Part shown: in pieces, positions 36,604-46,459 of the stretch
How the letters are laid out: each line of letters begins with the position of its first letter
How positions within the stretch are numbered: the first letter of the stretch is position 1
Assembly (NCBI GenBank): GCA_003518365.1
Contig: DOYU01000019.1
Coordinates: 40,224-104,223, forward strand
From: Candidatus Magasanikiibacteriota bacterium
GTDB taxonomy: Bacteria > Patescibacteriota > Patescibacteriia > Magasanikbacterales > UBA922
Reading direction: 5' to 3'
DNA: 64,000 nucleotides
The notes under the pieces: generated by a model
Seen by the model: only the letters and a program-made list of their open reading frames with translations
Told to the model about the DNA's origin: nothing
Databases searched by the model: none
Position numbers and translations under genes: made by a program

Positions 36604-37860
36604 TTACCGTACAAAAAAATCTAGGAAAATATACCACGAATAAATTACCAGTTTTGGAATATATTTAATTTTTAATACCGAACGAGACAAACTTTTTCGT
36701 TTGTCTTTGTTGTCACAAAATTGATCGAGAAAATGCGCTCGCTCTTCATTGATAATGTTGTACATCGCACGAAATGTTCTATCTCGTTTCATCCGATCCC
36801 AAATCCAGCGATATCGTTGTTGTCGCGTGTAGTAATCAATCAGCCATCGATGTTCATTTATTTTTTGGCGGAGTGTTTTTCCAAGATCACATCGCTCTCC
36901 ATCCAGATATCGCTCAATAAGTTTTGCAGCTTCTTTCCCAGATATCACAGACCCTTTTATTCCGTCAGCTGCAAATGCACCACAATATCCCGCAGCATCA
37001 CCGATCAAAAGCGTATTTTCAAACGATGTTTTTTTCAACACACCACCAATTGGAATAAAACTCCCAAATCGATACTCGGGTTTTTCCACTCCGGCAGGAA
37101 GAGAAACAATTTTCTTCTCTATCAATGTTTGCATAAATTGAGCGAGCAGTTTTTTTGCATCACCACGATCTTTTTTCAATTTTGCAAGACCGATACGAAA
37201 CCCAGGCTTGCCTTCAATCACTGTCGGTGAAAGCCATCCACCATAGCCAAGAGAAAATTCACCAAACCAAAAATGATAAATCGTCTCGGCAGGCATTGGT
37301 CCGAGCAACACATCGCCAACCCACACTTCTTCATATCCAAAAAGAAATGCATCAGTAGTATTGAGTTTTGGGATCGAGGCCGCTACTGATGAGTGCCCGC
37401 CATCCGCACCAACAAGAAATTTGGTAGAAACTGTTTTCACTTCTCCCCCACCTTTGAGCGTTATGGTACTGACGCCGTCCTGCGTCTTGACGCTGTAATA
37501 CGCCATGCCTGTCCACACCGTAACATTGTCTGGAAGTGTTTTTGCAAGAGCTTGTACCAATCCTTTTGTATCTGTCTGATAAATCCATGGTGCATCTGTT
37601 TTTGAGATAAAAAAATCATCATAGTTTGGCGAGACCACACAGATGGCAGAAATAGCATTCGTAATATATGTATCTATGTCAAAAAAAGACGCAAATTCTT
37701 CACGCGTGTGAGAGGTAATGAGTCCGGTAGACTCAACACTTGCCCCCGCCGCAGGCTTCGCATCGACGACCAACACCTTGTATGTTTTTGGCAAATGATG
37801 AGCCAGGGCAAGTCCAGAAAAACTTGCACCTATAATGACGACGTCAAACGTATCTTTCAT
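36604..37860 (-). CDS. FAD-dependent oxidoreductase, geranylgeranyl reductase family
   Basis: GxGxxG (VVIIGASFSGLALA), GDAAG, and a C-terminal extension. Confidence 0.75.
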   Translation of the reverse strand: MKDTFDVVIIGASFSGLALAHHLPKTYKVLVVDAKPAAGASVESTGLITSHTREEFASFFDIDTYITNAISAICVVSPNYDDFFISKTDAPWIYQTDTKGLVQALAKTLPDNVTVWTGMAYYSVKTQDGVSTITLKGGGEVKTVSTKFLVGADGGHSSVAASIPKLNTTDAFLFGYEEVWVGDVLLGPMPAETIYHFWFGEFSLGYGGWLSPTVIEGKPGFRIGLAKLKKDRGDAKKLLAQFMQTLIEKKIVSLPAGVEKPEYRFGSFIPIGGVLKKTSFENTLLIGDAAGYCGAFAADGIKGSVISGKEAAKLIERYLDGERCDLGKTLRQKINEHRWLIDYYTRQQRYRWIWDRMKRDRTFRAMYNIINEERAHFLDQFCDNKDKRKSLSRSVLKIKYIPKLVIYSWYIFLDFFVR

Positions 37861-37861
37861 A

Positions 37862-40525
37862 TTATGGAAGGTATTTTTTTAGATATGACCCAGTATGACT
37901 CTGCGTACTCTTGCGTGCCACTTCCTCTGGCGTTCCGACAGCCACGAGCGTACCACCTTTATCCCCGCCTTCTGGACCAAGATCAATGATCCAGTCAGCA
38001 CATTTGATCAAGTCCAAATTGTGTTCGATAATCATGACGGTATTTCCTTGCGACACAAGTCGTTGAATTACCTCAATCAATTTTTTTACATCCTCATAAT
38101 GAAGCCCTGTGGTAGGCTCATCGAGGAGATACAATGTTTTTGTGGTATTCCTCTTTGCAAGTTCGCGAGAAAGCTTGATACGTTGTGCTTCTCCTCCGGA
38201 AAGCGTGGTCGCAGACTGCCCGAGGGTGAGATAATCAAGTCCTACTTCATTCAATACTTTTAGCTTATCGTGAATCGGTGGAATATCCTGAAAAAATTCT
38301 TCGGCATCTTCTATGGTCATCTCGAGGATATCTGCAATACTTTTGCCAGCATAATGAACTTGCAATGTCTCTGCATTAAACCGTTTGCCTTTGCACACAT
38401 CACATAAAATCTCAACACTCGGCAAAAAGTGCATCTCAATATTCAGCACACCTTTTCCTTCACAGTTTTCACAACGTCCTCCTGGACGATTGAAACTAAA
38501 TCGCCCTTTCTTATACCCACGAATGCGCGCTTCTGGCGTCATGGTAAACAAGTCCCGAATCGCATCGTATGCTTTCGTATATGTTGCAGGATTACTTCGT
38601 GGTGTGCGACCAATAGGATTCTGATCGATCTGAATAATCTTATCAATGTATTCTATTCCTTTGATCGTCTTATGCGCACCGATGCGCTTCTCGACATGGT
38701 GCAGCTTATTTGCAACAGAACGATAGATAATGTCATGCATGAGTGTCGACTTGCCAGATCCTGATACACCAGTCAGACAGACCATCCTGCGAAGTGGGAC
38801 TTCGACTGTCAAATTTTTCAGGTTGTTTTCAGTGGCTCCGGTGATCTTCAACTTTGGCGTCGAGCTATCAACTTTTCGTCGTTTGGTTGGGACATCTATT
38901 TTTTTCTCTCCACGAAGATACTGACCCGTAAGTGATTTCTCAGCACTTCCGTATGTTTTCACGTTCGAAAATTCAGTTTGTTTTGCATGTGATATCTTGG
39001 ATTTTTTTGTTTCAAGCAACGCTTCCCGTGTTCCCGAATAGACAACATGTCCTCCATGCTTTCCCGCACCAGGACCAATGTCCACCACCCAATCACTCAC
39101 AAGAATTGTTTCTTCATCATGTTCTACAATAATAATGGTATTGCCAATATCACACAGATTTCTGAGCGTCGATACAAGCAAATCATTGTCACGCTGATGA
39201 AGCCCAATCGTTGGTTCATCCAGCACATACAATGCACCGACGAGCTGCTGGCCTACCTGAGATGCCAGACGGATACGCTGCGCTTCTCCTCCGGAGAGCG
39301 TCCCAGCAGTTCGATTGAGTGTCAGATAATGAAGTCCGACATTAAACAAAAATTGTAGTCGATTGGTAATTTCATTCAATGCGGCACTTGCAATATCGAG
39401 ATCGCGTGCATTGAGCGCATCAAACAGTCCTTCAAAAAAAAGTTTTCCTTCTTCTATCGTCAACCCCGTTACCTCCCAAATATTTTTATTATCAATTTTT
39501 ACCGCAAGTGCATTTTCATTGAGACGTTTTCCTTCACACACAGGACAGAGTTCTTCGCTAAACAATTCTCGTGTTCCAAGACCGGTACACGCAGCACAGT
39601 ATCCGTATGGGCTATTGAAACTAAACATGCGAGGTTCTATTTCTGGAAAACTATACCCATCGTTTGGACACGAATATTCTGTAGAAAAAACTTGTTCTTC
39701 GTCATCAGGATAAATCACCGTACATAGACCATTTGACAGATCAACTGCTGTTTCGATTGCTTCACCAAGACGCTGTCCATCTTCTTTCTTTTTTTCGGGA
39801 TCGAAATCAACAGTTGGAATGGTATCAACAACAATTTCAATCGTATGCTTATTATTTTTTGATAACTTAATCTGTTCACGCAGTGACTTCATCTTTCCGT
39901 CCACCCGGACTTCTAGAAATCCACTGTTATACATATCATAGAGCATCTGATAATACTCCCCTTTTCTACCACGAACCACAGGAGACAAAATTTTCAATTC
40001 TTTTGAGGTATTTTTTTTCTTTTGGTGCGTTGTCACAATACGTTCCGTAATTTCATCCGTCGTCATCTTTTCAATCTTGGTATCACATACAGGACAATGT
40101 GGCTTTCCGACACGTGCATACAACACACGCAAGTAATCGTATATTTCAGTAATCGTCGCAACGGTCGAACGTGGATTGGCACTATGCGCCTTTTGGTCTA
40201 TAGAAATAGCAGGAGAAAGTCCCAAAATTTCGTCGACATCAGGTTTTGTCATGTTGCCAAGGAATTGGCGAGCATAGGCAGACAAACTCTCGATATACCG
40301 ACGTTGTCCTTCGGCAAAAATCGTATCAAACGCAAGCGAAGACTTCCCTGATCCAGAGAGTCCTGTAAATACAATCATTTTATTTCGTGGCAACTCGAGA
40401 GAAATGTTTTTCAAATTGTGTTCTCTCGCTCCGCGAATCACTATTTTGTCTTGCATATATAGAAAGCTTGGAAGGCTTGGAATGCTTGGAAGGCCTAGAA
40501 ATTCCAAGACTTCTAGGCCTTCCAA
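37862..40525 (-). CDS. uvrA: Excinuclease ABC subunit A (UvrA)
   Basis: Two ABC ATPase modules ([12 protein letters not shown]; [11 protein letters not shown]), zinc-finger cysteines, and LSGGEAQR signature motifs. The probable start is MQDKIVIRG near 40456. Confidence 0.9.
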   Translation of the reverse strand: MEGLEVLEFLGLPSIPSLPSFLYMQDKIVIRGAREHNLKNISLELPRNKMIVFTGLSGSGKSSLAFDTIFAEGQRRYIESLSAYARQFLGNMTKPDVDEILGLSPAISIDQKAHSANPRSTVATITEIYDYLRVLYARVGKPHCPVCDTKIEKMTTDEITERIVTTHQKKKNTSKELKILSPVVRGRKGEYYQMLYDMYNSGFLEVRVDGKMKSLREQIKLSKNNKHTIEIVVDTIPTVDFDPEKKKEDGQRLGEAIETAVDLSNGLCTVIYPDDEEQVFSTEYSCPNDGYSFPEIEPRMFSFNSPYGYCAACTGLGTRELFSEELCPVCEGKRLNENALAVKIDNKNIWEVTGLTIEEGKLFFEGLFDALNARDLDIASAALNEITNRLQFLFNVGLHYLTLNRTAGTLSGGEAQRIRLASQVGQQLVGALYVLDEPTIGLHQRDNDLLVSTLRNLCDIGNTIIIVEHDEETILVSDWVVDIGPGAGKHGGHVVYSGTREALLETKKSKISHAKQTEFSNVKTYGSAEKSLTGQYLRGEKKIDVPTKRRKVDSSTPKLKITGATENNLKNLTVEVPLRRMVCLTGVSGSGKSTLMHDIIYRSVANKLHHVEKRIGAHKTIKGIEYIDKIIQIDQNPIGRTPRSNPATYTKAYDAIRDLFTMTPEARIRGYKKGRFSFNRPGGRCENCEGKGVLNIEMHFLPSVEILCDVCKGKRFNAETLQVHYAGKSIADILEMTIEDAEEFFQDIPPIHDKLKVLNEVGLDYLTLGQSATTLSGGEAQRIKLSRELAKRNTTKTLYLLDEPTTGLHYEDVKKLIEVIQRLVSQGNTVMIIEHNLDLIKCADWIIDLGPEGGDKGGTLVAVGTPEEVARKSTQSHTGSYLKKYLP

Positions 40526-40545
40526 GCATTCTTAGATTTATAGCC
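40455..40545. repeat. 21-bp perfect inverted repeat (gaatgcttggaaggcctagaa-N10-ttctaggccttccaagcattc) flanked by tandem GCTTGGAA units, in the uvrA promoter region
   Basis: Read directly. A member of the AAGGCTTGG/CCAAGCCTT repeat family, also at 23757-23810 and 61905-61975. Confidence 0.75.
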
Positions 40546-40854
40546 AAAAAAACCCTTCTTTGGGCTTCTTATAGTGGGTATAGGAAAGAACTTGGCATAG
40601 TATAGCCTGACTTCGTAAAAAGTCAATTATGCACAGTCTATCTTAGCAAACCCTTGCAAATAATACAAAAATGGTCTACTCTTTTAACGTTCTGTGGAAA
40701 CAGAACCTGCGTCACGCTCGGCGATCCTTCAGCGCGAATGAACAGGAATATACATATTGTATAGCTTGCTCTTTCGCTCGGAAGGTCGGTCCGAGCACGT
40801 CCGGAAAGTCCGGACATTGTAGAGTGAAAATCCGTCACAAGAAGGAAGTACGCC

Positions 40855-40983
40855 ATGCGTTGCATTTGGAACTGGATGAAGGCTCACCCGGGCGCCACGG
40901 CGCTCGTCGCCTACAGCTACCTGATGTCCCTCGCCCTCGGGGTGGACTACCTCATCGAGGGCGTCCACCACTTCACCTCCTGA
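40855..40983 (+). CDS. Micro-ORF (42 aa) with extreme GC3, preceded by a structured GC-rich leader
   Basis: MRCIWNWMKAHPGATALVAYSYLMSLALGVDYLIEGVHHFTS, with about 95% G/C at third positions. SD-like aaggaag upstream. Leader hairpin ctcggaaggtcggtccgag. Followed by the GC hairpin ccccgccgac...gtcggcgggg. Confidence 0.35.
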   Translation: MRCIWNWMKAHPGATALVAYSYLMSLALGVDYLIEGVHHFTS

Positions 40984-41085
40984 CGCAGACCTCGTCCAAC
41001 GCCCCGCCGACACCACGTCGGCGGGGCTACGGACGAGATGAAAAAAAACTATTGAAACGCCATTTGGGCGATTTTTTTATTGAAA

Positions 41086-41165
41086 AAGTTCTATGGGAAA
41101 CAAAAACAACTCATTGATTTGAGTTGCTTTTGACTGGTCCCGATGGTTCCTCCAGGACCAATCGG
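41086..41165 (-). repeat. Conserved 3' module copy A (hairpin caactca-N-tgagttg, TTTTTGTTT, GGACCAGTCAAAAGC, GC hairpin)
   Basis: aaacaaaaacaactcattgatttgagttgcttttgactggtcccgatgg...ccaatcggg. It is in the same relative position (just 3' of a minus-strand ORF) as copies B, C and D. Confidence 0.7.
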
Positions 41166-41214
41166 GAAAAAAAGAACAAACAACGTAAAGTTGCAGAGGA
41201 CGACGCTAGGTCAG

Positions 41215-41437
41215 CTACTCGGACTGGTACTTCGCCAACGTTTCCTCAATGCCGAGAATGCCCGTGGTGCGAATCACATCAAGAGTAAGCCCTTGCGCCA
41301 CAACTTTTTTCAGCACAACAGGAATGGCCAACTCGTTGGTCAGGTCATCGAAGATTCGATCCGCTACCATGGTATACGGACCAGCAGTATCGGCGATCTG
41401 CGCCAATGCAGCACGCAGCCGGGTCAGGTCTATCATG
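41215..41437 (-). CDS. Cassette-like small hypothetical protein A (about 74 aa)
   Basis: Start set at MSTFNMIDL with GGAGG 9 nt upstream. Moderately elevated GC. Followed by module A. Confidence 0.4.
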
Positions 41438-41555
41438 TTGAATGTACTCATGTAGACAAACCTCCATGTCGTGTCCATACTTAGAGTATCAAATTTTTTC
41501 ACTCCTGTCCCGTTGATTTCAACCTTCCCTTATGCCCCTACATGTCAAACTTCTA

Positions 41556-41645
41556 TAACAAAAACAACCCATGATTGAGTTGTTTTTGTTTTCTCCCGAT
41601 GGCTCTACCAGCGCCATCGGGAAACATATCGAGACGCGAACGTCT
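41556..41645 (-). repeat. Conserved 3' module copy B
   Basis: aacaaaaacaac-ccatgattga-gttgtttttgtt is a 12-bp stem bidirectional terminator, plus the GC hairpin cccgatggc-tctaccagc-gccatcggg. Confidence 0.7.
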
Positions 41646-41650
41646 CAGGT

Positions 41651-41941
41651 TTACTTTTTTTGTGCCATCTGTTCGCGCATATCCTCAATACAGACCCTGA
41701 GGACAACGATCGTTCCGGCTTCGAACCAGAGCAGCCCGAGGAATAAGTCAATGCACCCAGTCACCTCGGTGCTAAGGCACAATTTGCCGAAGGCCCCACT
41801 ATCTTGGTGCACAACAGCCACGTACACGTGCAAGCATGCGACAGAGTAAGCGACCAACCGAATACCGATTCTGGATATCAACTTGGCGAACTCGATCCTC
41901 TCGTATGCAGCGCAGAGCTGCGTGAACTGTACCTCGTTCAT
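41651..41941 (-). CDS. Cassette-like small hypothetical protein B, C-terminal TM anchor
   Basis: 96 aa with GGAGGGAG SD. Hydrophobic IDLFLGLLWFEAGTIVVL near the C-terminus. Elevated GC. Confidence 0.45.
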   Translation of the reverse strand: MNEVQFTQLCAAYERIEFAKLISRIGIRLVAYSVACLHVYVAVVHQDSGAFGKLCLSTEVTGCIDLFLGLLWFEAGTIVVLRVCIEDMREQMAQKK

Positions 41942-42089
41942 ATCTCCCTCCGTGAGATGCTATTTTTGCCCCTACGGAGACACGTCCGCAAATAAGGCTT
42001 ACCACAAACATCTTCCTACGTCAATATAATATGCTATACTCTCTACACCTATTTTTGAATTAGAAATTAGTAATTTTGAATTATTTCAA

Positions 42090-42347
42090 ATGTACACTCT
42101 CTACATTCTCCGCTGCAAAGACAATTCACTTTACACAGGGATAGCAAAAGATCTCGAGAAACGTCTCGAGATGCATCGCGCTGGGACAGGATCAAAGTAC
42201 GTTCGCGCAAAATCTCCTTTTGCTGTAGTGTATACAGAGAAATGCAAAGATAGATCAAGTGCAACGAAGAGAGAAATGGCAATTAAAAAAATGTCGAAAG
42301 AAAAAAAAGAAACATTGGTTATTTCTCCCCCTACCAGGGGGAGCTAG
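42090..42347 (+). CDS. GIY-YIG nuclease domain protein (UPF0213/YhbQ-like)
   Basis: LYILRCKDNSLYTGIAKDLEKRLEMHRAG...YVRAKSPFAVVYTEKCKDRSSATKREMAIKKMSKEKK is the canonical small GIY-YIG. The C-terminal tail runs into a palindromic element. Confidence 0.85.
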   Translation: MYTLYILRCKDNSLYTGIAKDLEKRLEMHRAGTGSKYVRAKSPFAVVYTEKCKDRSSATKREMAIKKMSKEKKETLVISPPTRGS

Positions 42348-42420
42348 AGGGGGTCTGCTGACAAAAACAACGTTCATAATACTAACGACCCCTCCCAACC
42401 TCCCCTTATAGGGGAGGAGA
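42320..42420. repeat. Two polypyrimidine/polypurine palindromic elements between GIY-YIG and recQ
   Basis: tctccccctaccagggggag cta gagggggtct (homologous to 4076-4117) and cctccccttataggggagg. Confidence 0.8.
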
Positions 42421-42431
42421 TCCTTACTTCC

Positions 42432-44588
42432 ATGACCATCGACCACGCAAGACAATCCCTCAAACATACCTTCGGCTTCGACTCCTTCCGCCCAATGCAA
42501 GAGGAGATTGTTCAGGCTGTCATAGAAAAAAAAGACGTCCTTGTTCTGATGCCCACGGGCGGTGGCAAATCTCTTTGTTATCAATTGCCAGCAACTGTTC
42601 AAGAGGGACTCACCGTCGTCGTCTCCCCTCTTATCGCACTGATGAAAGATCAAGTGGAAGGACTCGTAGAAAATGGTATCAAAGCAGCGTATCTCAATAG
42701 TTCTCTTGAACTCGATGAACATCAAGATATTCTCGCACAGCTCGAACGAGGTGAGATAGACATTCTCTATGTTTCTCCAGAAAAACTGGTCACACAAAGT
42801 TTTCAATATTCGCTAAAAAAATGGAATGTCCAACTTTTTGCCATCGACGAAGCACATTGTATTTCACAATGGGGACACGATTTTCGTCCAGAATATACCA
42901 AACTCCGCGCACTCAAAAATATATTTCCTGATGTTCCTATTATTGCTCTGACAGCAACAGCAGACAAAACAACGAGAAAGGATATTCTGGCGCAATTGCA
43001 ATTGAAAGATCCAAAAATATTTATTTCTTCTTTTGACAGACCAAATCTAGAACTCAACGTATTGCCTGCACACAAACGCATCGAACGCATCATTACCTTT
43101 GTCAAAAAAAGAAAACACGAATCTGGAATTATTTATTGTCTGAGTAGAAATCAAACAGAAAAAGTTGCGAATGCACTGATCCAAGAAGGCATCAATGCAG
43201 GCTACTATCACGCAGGCATGATCTCTCACGAGCGCGCAAAAGCACAGGAAGACTTTATTCACGGAAGAACAAATGTCGTTGTTGCCACGATTGCTTTTGG
43301 TATGGGAATCGATAAAAGCAATGTCCGCTATGTCATTCACCACAACTTGCCAAAAAATCTCGAGGGCTATTATCAAGAAATAGGACGCGCAGGACGAGAT
43401 GGATTGCCAAGTGAAACACTCCTCTTCTACTCGCTCGCAGATGTTGTCTTGCTAAAAAAGTTTGCAACAGAATCTGGACAACCCGCACTCCAACTTGCGA
43501 AATTGGATCGTATGAAACAATTTGCCGATGCATTGATTTGTCGACGACGTATTTTGCTTTCCTATTTTGGAGAAGAAGTAAAAAGTGATTGCAAAAACTG
43601 CGATGTCTGTGAAAATCCTCCAGAACTAGTTGACGGTACAGAGATCGCACAGATCGCACTGTCGGGAATTGCGAGAACAAACCAAGATGTGGCGATCGGT
43701 ATGCTCATAGATATTTTGCGTGGGTCTGGCAAACAGGAAGTATTGAACCAAGGCTACCATACCATAAAAACCTATGGCGCAGGCAGTCATATTTCTCCAG
43801 AAGACTGGCAACAATACCTCTTGCAAATGCTCAATCTCGGTCTTGTTGACGTTGCATACGACCAACACCATGCATTGAAAATTACTACGGCAGGCGCGCG
43901 AGTATTAAAAGGTGAAGACACCGTACAGTTTGTTTCCCTGGCGTATATCGAAGAACGCGCCATCACTGCAAGTAGTAAAGAAAGCAAAACAAATTCTCGA
44001 AGAAAAGAAGCCGAAGAAGTATTGTTTGACATGCTCCGCGATCTCCGTTTTTCTCTCGCAAAAAAAGCAAACATTCCTCCGTATCATGTGTTCACCGATA
44101 AGACGCTCGACGAGATGGCACGTGACATGCCAACAAATGAAGAAAAAATGAAAAAAGTTTCTGGTATTGGTGATAAAAAATTTGCCAGCTATGGCAAACT
44201 CTTTATCGATGAAATTACAAAATTTATTCAAGAAAAAGATAAAGCCGGTGAAAAAATCCAAGGCACAACGCAAGACATCACCTATGCGTATTATCGCCAA
44301 GGTATGCCGGTCGGGATCATTGCAAAAGAACGCGATCTCAAATCGGTCACGATCTACGGGCATCTCGCAGATCTGTATGAAAAAGGATATGATATCAATA
44401 TCCACGATTTCATTGATAAACGGGATCTAAAAAAAATCTGTGAGAATCTCAAAGAAAAAGGCGTCCCACAAAAATTGAAATCGTTGTATGAACGGTTTGA
44501 TGGAACGTTTGATTATGACAAGCTCCGCCTTGCTGTTGCGTATTATCGGAAAGAAAATAGGAAGCAAGGGGTTATTGAGTATAGGTAA
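42432..44588 (+). CDS. recQ: ATP-dependent DNA helicase RecQ with a C-terminal extension
   Basis: FRPMQEEIV, GGGKSLCYQLPA, DEAH (DEAHCISQWGHDFRPEY), RQC zinc cysteines (CKNCDVC) and an HRDC-like region. An extra roughly 110 aa lie C-terminal of the HRDC. Confidence 0.9.
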   Translation: MTIDHARQSLKHTFGFDSFRPMQEEIVQAVIEKKDVLVLMPTGGGKSLCYQLPATVQEGLTVVVSPLIALMKDQVEGLVENGIKAAYLNSSLELDEHQDILAQLERGEIDILYVSPEKLVTQSFQYSLKKWNVQLFAIDEAHCISQWGHDFRPEYTKLRALKNIFPDVPIIALTATADKTTRKDILAQLQLKDPKIFISSFDRPNLELNVLPAHKRIERIITFVKKRKHESGIIYCLSRNQTEKVANALIQEGINAGYYHAGMISHERAKAQEDFIHGRTNVVVATIAFGMGIDKSNVRYVIHHNLPKNLEGYYQEIGRAGRDGLPSETLLFYSLADVVLLKKFATESGQPALQLAKLDRMKQFADALICRRRILLSYFGEEVKSDCKNCDVCENPPELVDGTEIAQIALSGIARTNQDVAIGMLIDILRGSGKQEVLNQGYHTIKTYGAGSHISPEDWQQYLLQMLNLGLVDVAYDQHHALKITTAGARVLKGEDTVQFVSLAYIEERAITASSKESKTNSRRKEAEEVLFDMLRDLRFSLAKKANIPPYHVFTDKTLDEMARDMPTNEEKMKKVSGIGDKKFASYGKLFIDEITKFIQEKDKAGEKIQGTTQDITYAYYRQGMPVGIIAKERDLKSVTIYGHLADLYEKGYDINIHDFIDKRDLKKICENLKEKGVPQKLKSLYERFDGTFDYDKLRLAVAYYRKENRKQGVIEYR

Positions 44589-44591
44589 AAC

Positions 44592-45227
44592 ATGTACTTG
44601 GTTAAAGACTTCAAAAAAATACTTAAAGATCTTGAACCCTTTGTGACTCGCGCAGATAAGAAAGGTAGACTTTGGTTACATAATGGAAATAATGAAAAAA
44701 GAAAAATGGATGCTATCAAAGTAAAAGATGGAACTTTATTTAAACTTAGACCTCGAGAAGCGTGGGCGAATTGGCTCATATGTGTCGTCTTACAACATAT
44801 AACGGGTGATGAAATAACTTTTTCTGATAGTGAACACGGAGATGGTTATATCTGGAATAAAACAAAAGGCGAAGTCATTATTACTGAACATGTCGCAGCG
44901 ATGGATTTCCCAAACACCACTATCCCAACAGGAGAAGAACGTGTTATTTGGGCGATTGAAAAAAAAATCAAAAAAGGGAAAGAATATGCACAAGGTAAAC
45001 ACTTGGTAGTTTTCATGGATGGTGCTGGGAAATGGTATCCAACTAAAGTAGGGAGACAAACTTCAGGAAAACATAATTTTGAAAGTATATTTTGCGTAGG
45101 GTTAATTACTGGAGATGAAAGCGGATACAAGTATGGACTAACACAGTTCTTTCCGTCACATTCACCTTGTTGGGAAATCCAGATAAATTCTGATTTTACG
45201 GATTGGACAATTACACAAATTCAATAG
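44592..45227 (+). CDS. Hypothetical protein, probably co-transcribed with recQ
   Basis: 211 aa. The start is 4 nt after the recQ stop. No recognisable motif, though D/E/K spacing could suggest a PD-(D/E)xK fold (speculative). Confidence 0.5.
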   Translation: MYLVKDFKKILKDLEPFVTRADKKGRLWLHNGNNEKRKMDAIKVKDGTLFKLRPREAWANWLICVVLQHITGDEITFSDSEHGDGYIWNKTKGEVIITEHVAAMDFPNTTIPTGEERVIWAIEKKIKKGKEYAQGKHLVVFMDGAGKWYPTKVGRQTSGKHNFESIFCVGLITGDESGYKYGLTQFFPSHSPCWEIQINSDFTDWTITQIQ

Positions 45228-45344
45228 ATATACTAATGCGAGTTAAACAGTTAGCATTAGAATCCCAAAAGAACCTCTTATTAGCTGGCTCCATAGTCCC
45301 GAAGGGCTGTGGAGCCAGCCAAGAGGAAAACGATTTTCCAAACA

Positions 45345-45445
45345 ACATTAGTAAAAACAAAAACAACCCTTTCTAAGAGTTGCTTTTGACTGGTCCGACG
45401 CGCTCGTTCTTCTGATCGACCACGAAGGGCCAGTCAGCGCATGAG
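45345..45445 (-). repeat. Conserved 3' module copy C
   Basis: attagtaaaaacaaaaacaaccctttctaagagttgcttttgactggtcc, plus the GC-rich IR cgacgcgctcg...cgagcgcgtcg. Confidence 0.7.
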
Positions 45446-45479
45446 CGCGTCGAAGTGGGAGCCCGTACAGGATGTCGGA

Positions 45480-45893
45480 TTACTTGCCGATCAGGAGGAT
45501 CAGCAGCATGATGAGGATCCCCATGCTCTGGAAAACGTTCACGACGATGGACACATCCCTCTGTCGCGTACGTCGCGTACTCAGATCCTCGGCCTGCTCG
45601 ATCGCGAGACCATCCTGGGTGCGGAGCGTACTCTCGATGCAGTCCACATAGTGGTCAATGAGGATGTCTCCAGGAAGCACACGTTTCGCGACAATGCTTT
45701 CGCTGGGTCGAAAATGTACGGCCTCGCAATAATCCACAACACCGGTTTCGCCGCTGATATGATAGGACTTTATCGTAATCTTGCGCCAACCAAAGTATGG
45801 CACCCACACGTAGCAGATGCTACGAAATTCATCGCGCACTCGAGGCCACTCCGTCTGGAACGTGAGACCAACGAAATTGAACTTCATGAGTCC
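45480..45893 (-). CDS. Cassette-like small hypothetical protein C, C-terminal TM anchor
   Basis: Start set at MKFNFVGL with a GAGGGGA SD. C-terminal MGILIMLLILLIGK. GC about 55%. A competing + strand ORF (45441..45983) is judged to be a shadow. Confidence 0.45.
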   Translation of the reverse strand, partial: GLMKFNFVGLTFQTEWPRVRDEFRSICYVWVPYFGWRKITIKSYHISGETGVVDYCEAVHFRPSESIVAKRVLPGDILIDHYVDCIESTLRTQDGLAIEQAEDLSTRRTRQRDVSIVVNVFQSMGILIMLLILLIGK

Positions 45894-45977
45894 CCTCTTC
45901 ACAGGGTGGGTAAGGCTCCCTGTTTGCGCATAGCTAAGCAAAAAATGTACCTTTTGTCAATAGTATACACTCAAAAA

Positions 45978-46072
45978 AATTAGTAAAAACAAAAACAGCC
46001 TTTTCACAAAGCTGCTTTTGCATTGTCCCCGACGATCGGTGCGACAATACGCACGACGTCGGGGTAGTCCCC
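45978..46072 (-). repeat. Conserved 3' module copy D
   Basis: attagtaaaaacaaaaacagccttttcacaaagctgcttttgcattgtcc, plus the GC hairpin ccccgacg...cgtcgggg. Confidence 0.7.
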
Positions 46073-46459
46073 CTAGTTGTTGACAAGAACTGCGATCACC
46101 CCACCCAGGATGAGCGCGGTGATCGCCAGCACGATCACCAGCCATGTCTTGCTATCGCCATGGGCACGTCCTTGGCCAGCATGAGCCTCGGACACGGCAT
46201 CCAGGCTGATCGACGTCACGGTATTGAGGATCGTGGGGTCCTCGACCTTGACGACGGGATGACCGATCAGTGCTCCAAGCGGAACCTGCCAGTCGCTCAC
46301 CCGTCCATGAACTTGGACGTTGACCTGCTGATGAACATGGTTCATCCTGACGGTCAGGGACACCATGTGACCGGTCGCTTCTTGCACGTAACATGCTCCG
46401 CCACGAGCCTCGAGCTCCTCAATGGGCAGCTCGTACGGAATATCATCACAATAAAAAAG
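46073..46459 (-). CDS. Cassette-like small hypothetical protein D, C-terminal TM anchor
   Basis: Start set at MLFYCDD with a GGGAGGAG SD. C-terminal WLVIVLAITALILGGVIAVLV. GC about 58%. Confidence 0.45.
   Translation of the reverse strand, partial: LFYCDDIPYELPIEELEARGGACYVQEATGHMVSLTVRMNHVHQQVNVQVHGRVSDWQVPLGALIGHPVVKVEDPTILNTVTSISLDAVSEAHAGQGRAHGDSKTWLVIVLAITALILGGVIAVLVNN

Noticed and set aside
40795-40850. ccggaaagtccggac resembles the RNase P RNA P4 motif GGAAAGUCCGG
   Set aside because: No other conserved RNase P regions (GGGUGAAA-GGUAAGAGCGCACC, ACAGAANCCGGCUUA) were found in either orientation. The downstream GC-rich segment shows a clean coding GC3 signal, so it is better explained as a leader plus micro-ORF.
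40671-41117. 148-aa + ORF and 95-aa minus-strand ORF spanning the GC-rich segment
   Set aside because: Arg/Pro-rich shadow frames. Only the short 40855-40983 frame shows coding periodicity.
45441-45983. 180-aa + strand ORF overlapping cassette gene C
   Set aside because: The minus-strand frame has an SD-ATG, a C-terminal TM helix and the conserved 3' module in the same relative position as cassettes A, B and D. The + frame is judged to be a shadow.
41086-46075. Interpretation of the conserved 3' modules as integron attC sites
   Set aside because: No RYYYAAC / GTTRRRY core pair, no integrase in the window, and the modules fold as simple terminator hairpins. Kept only as cassette-like.
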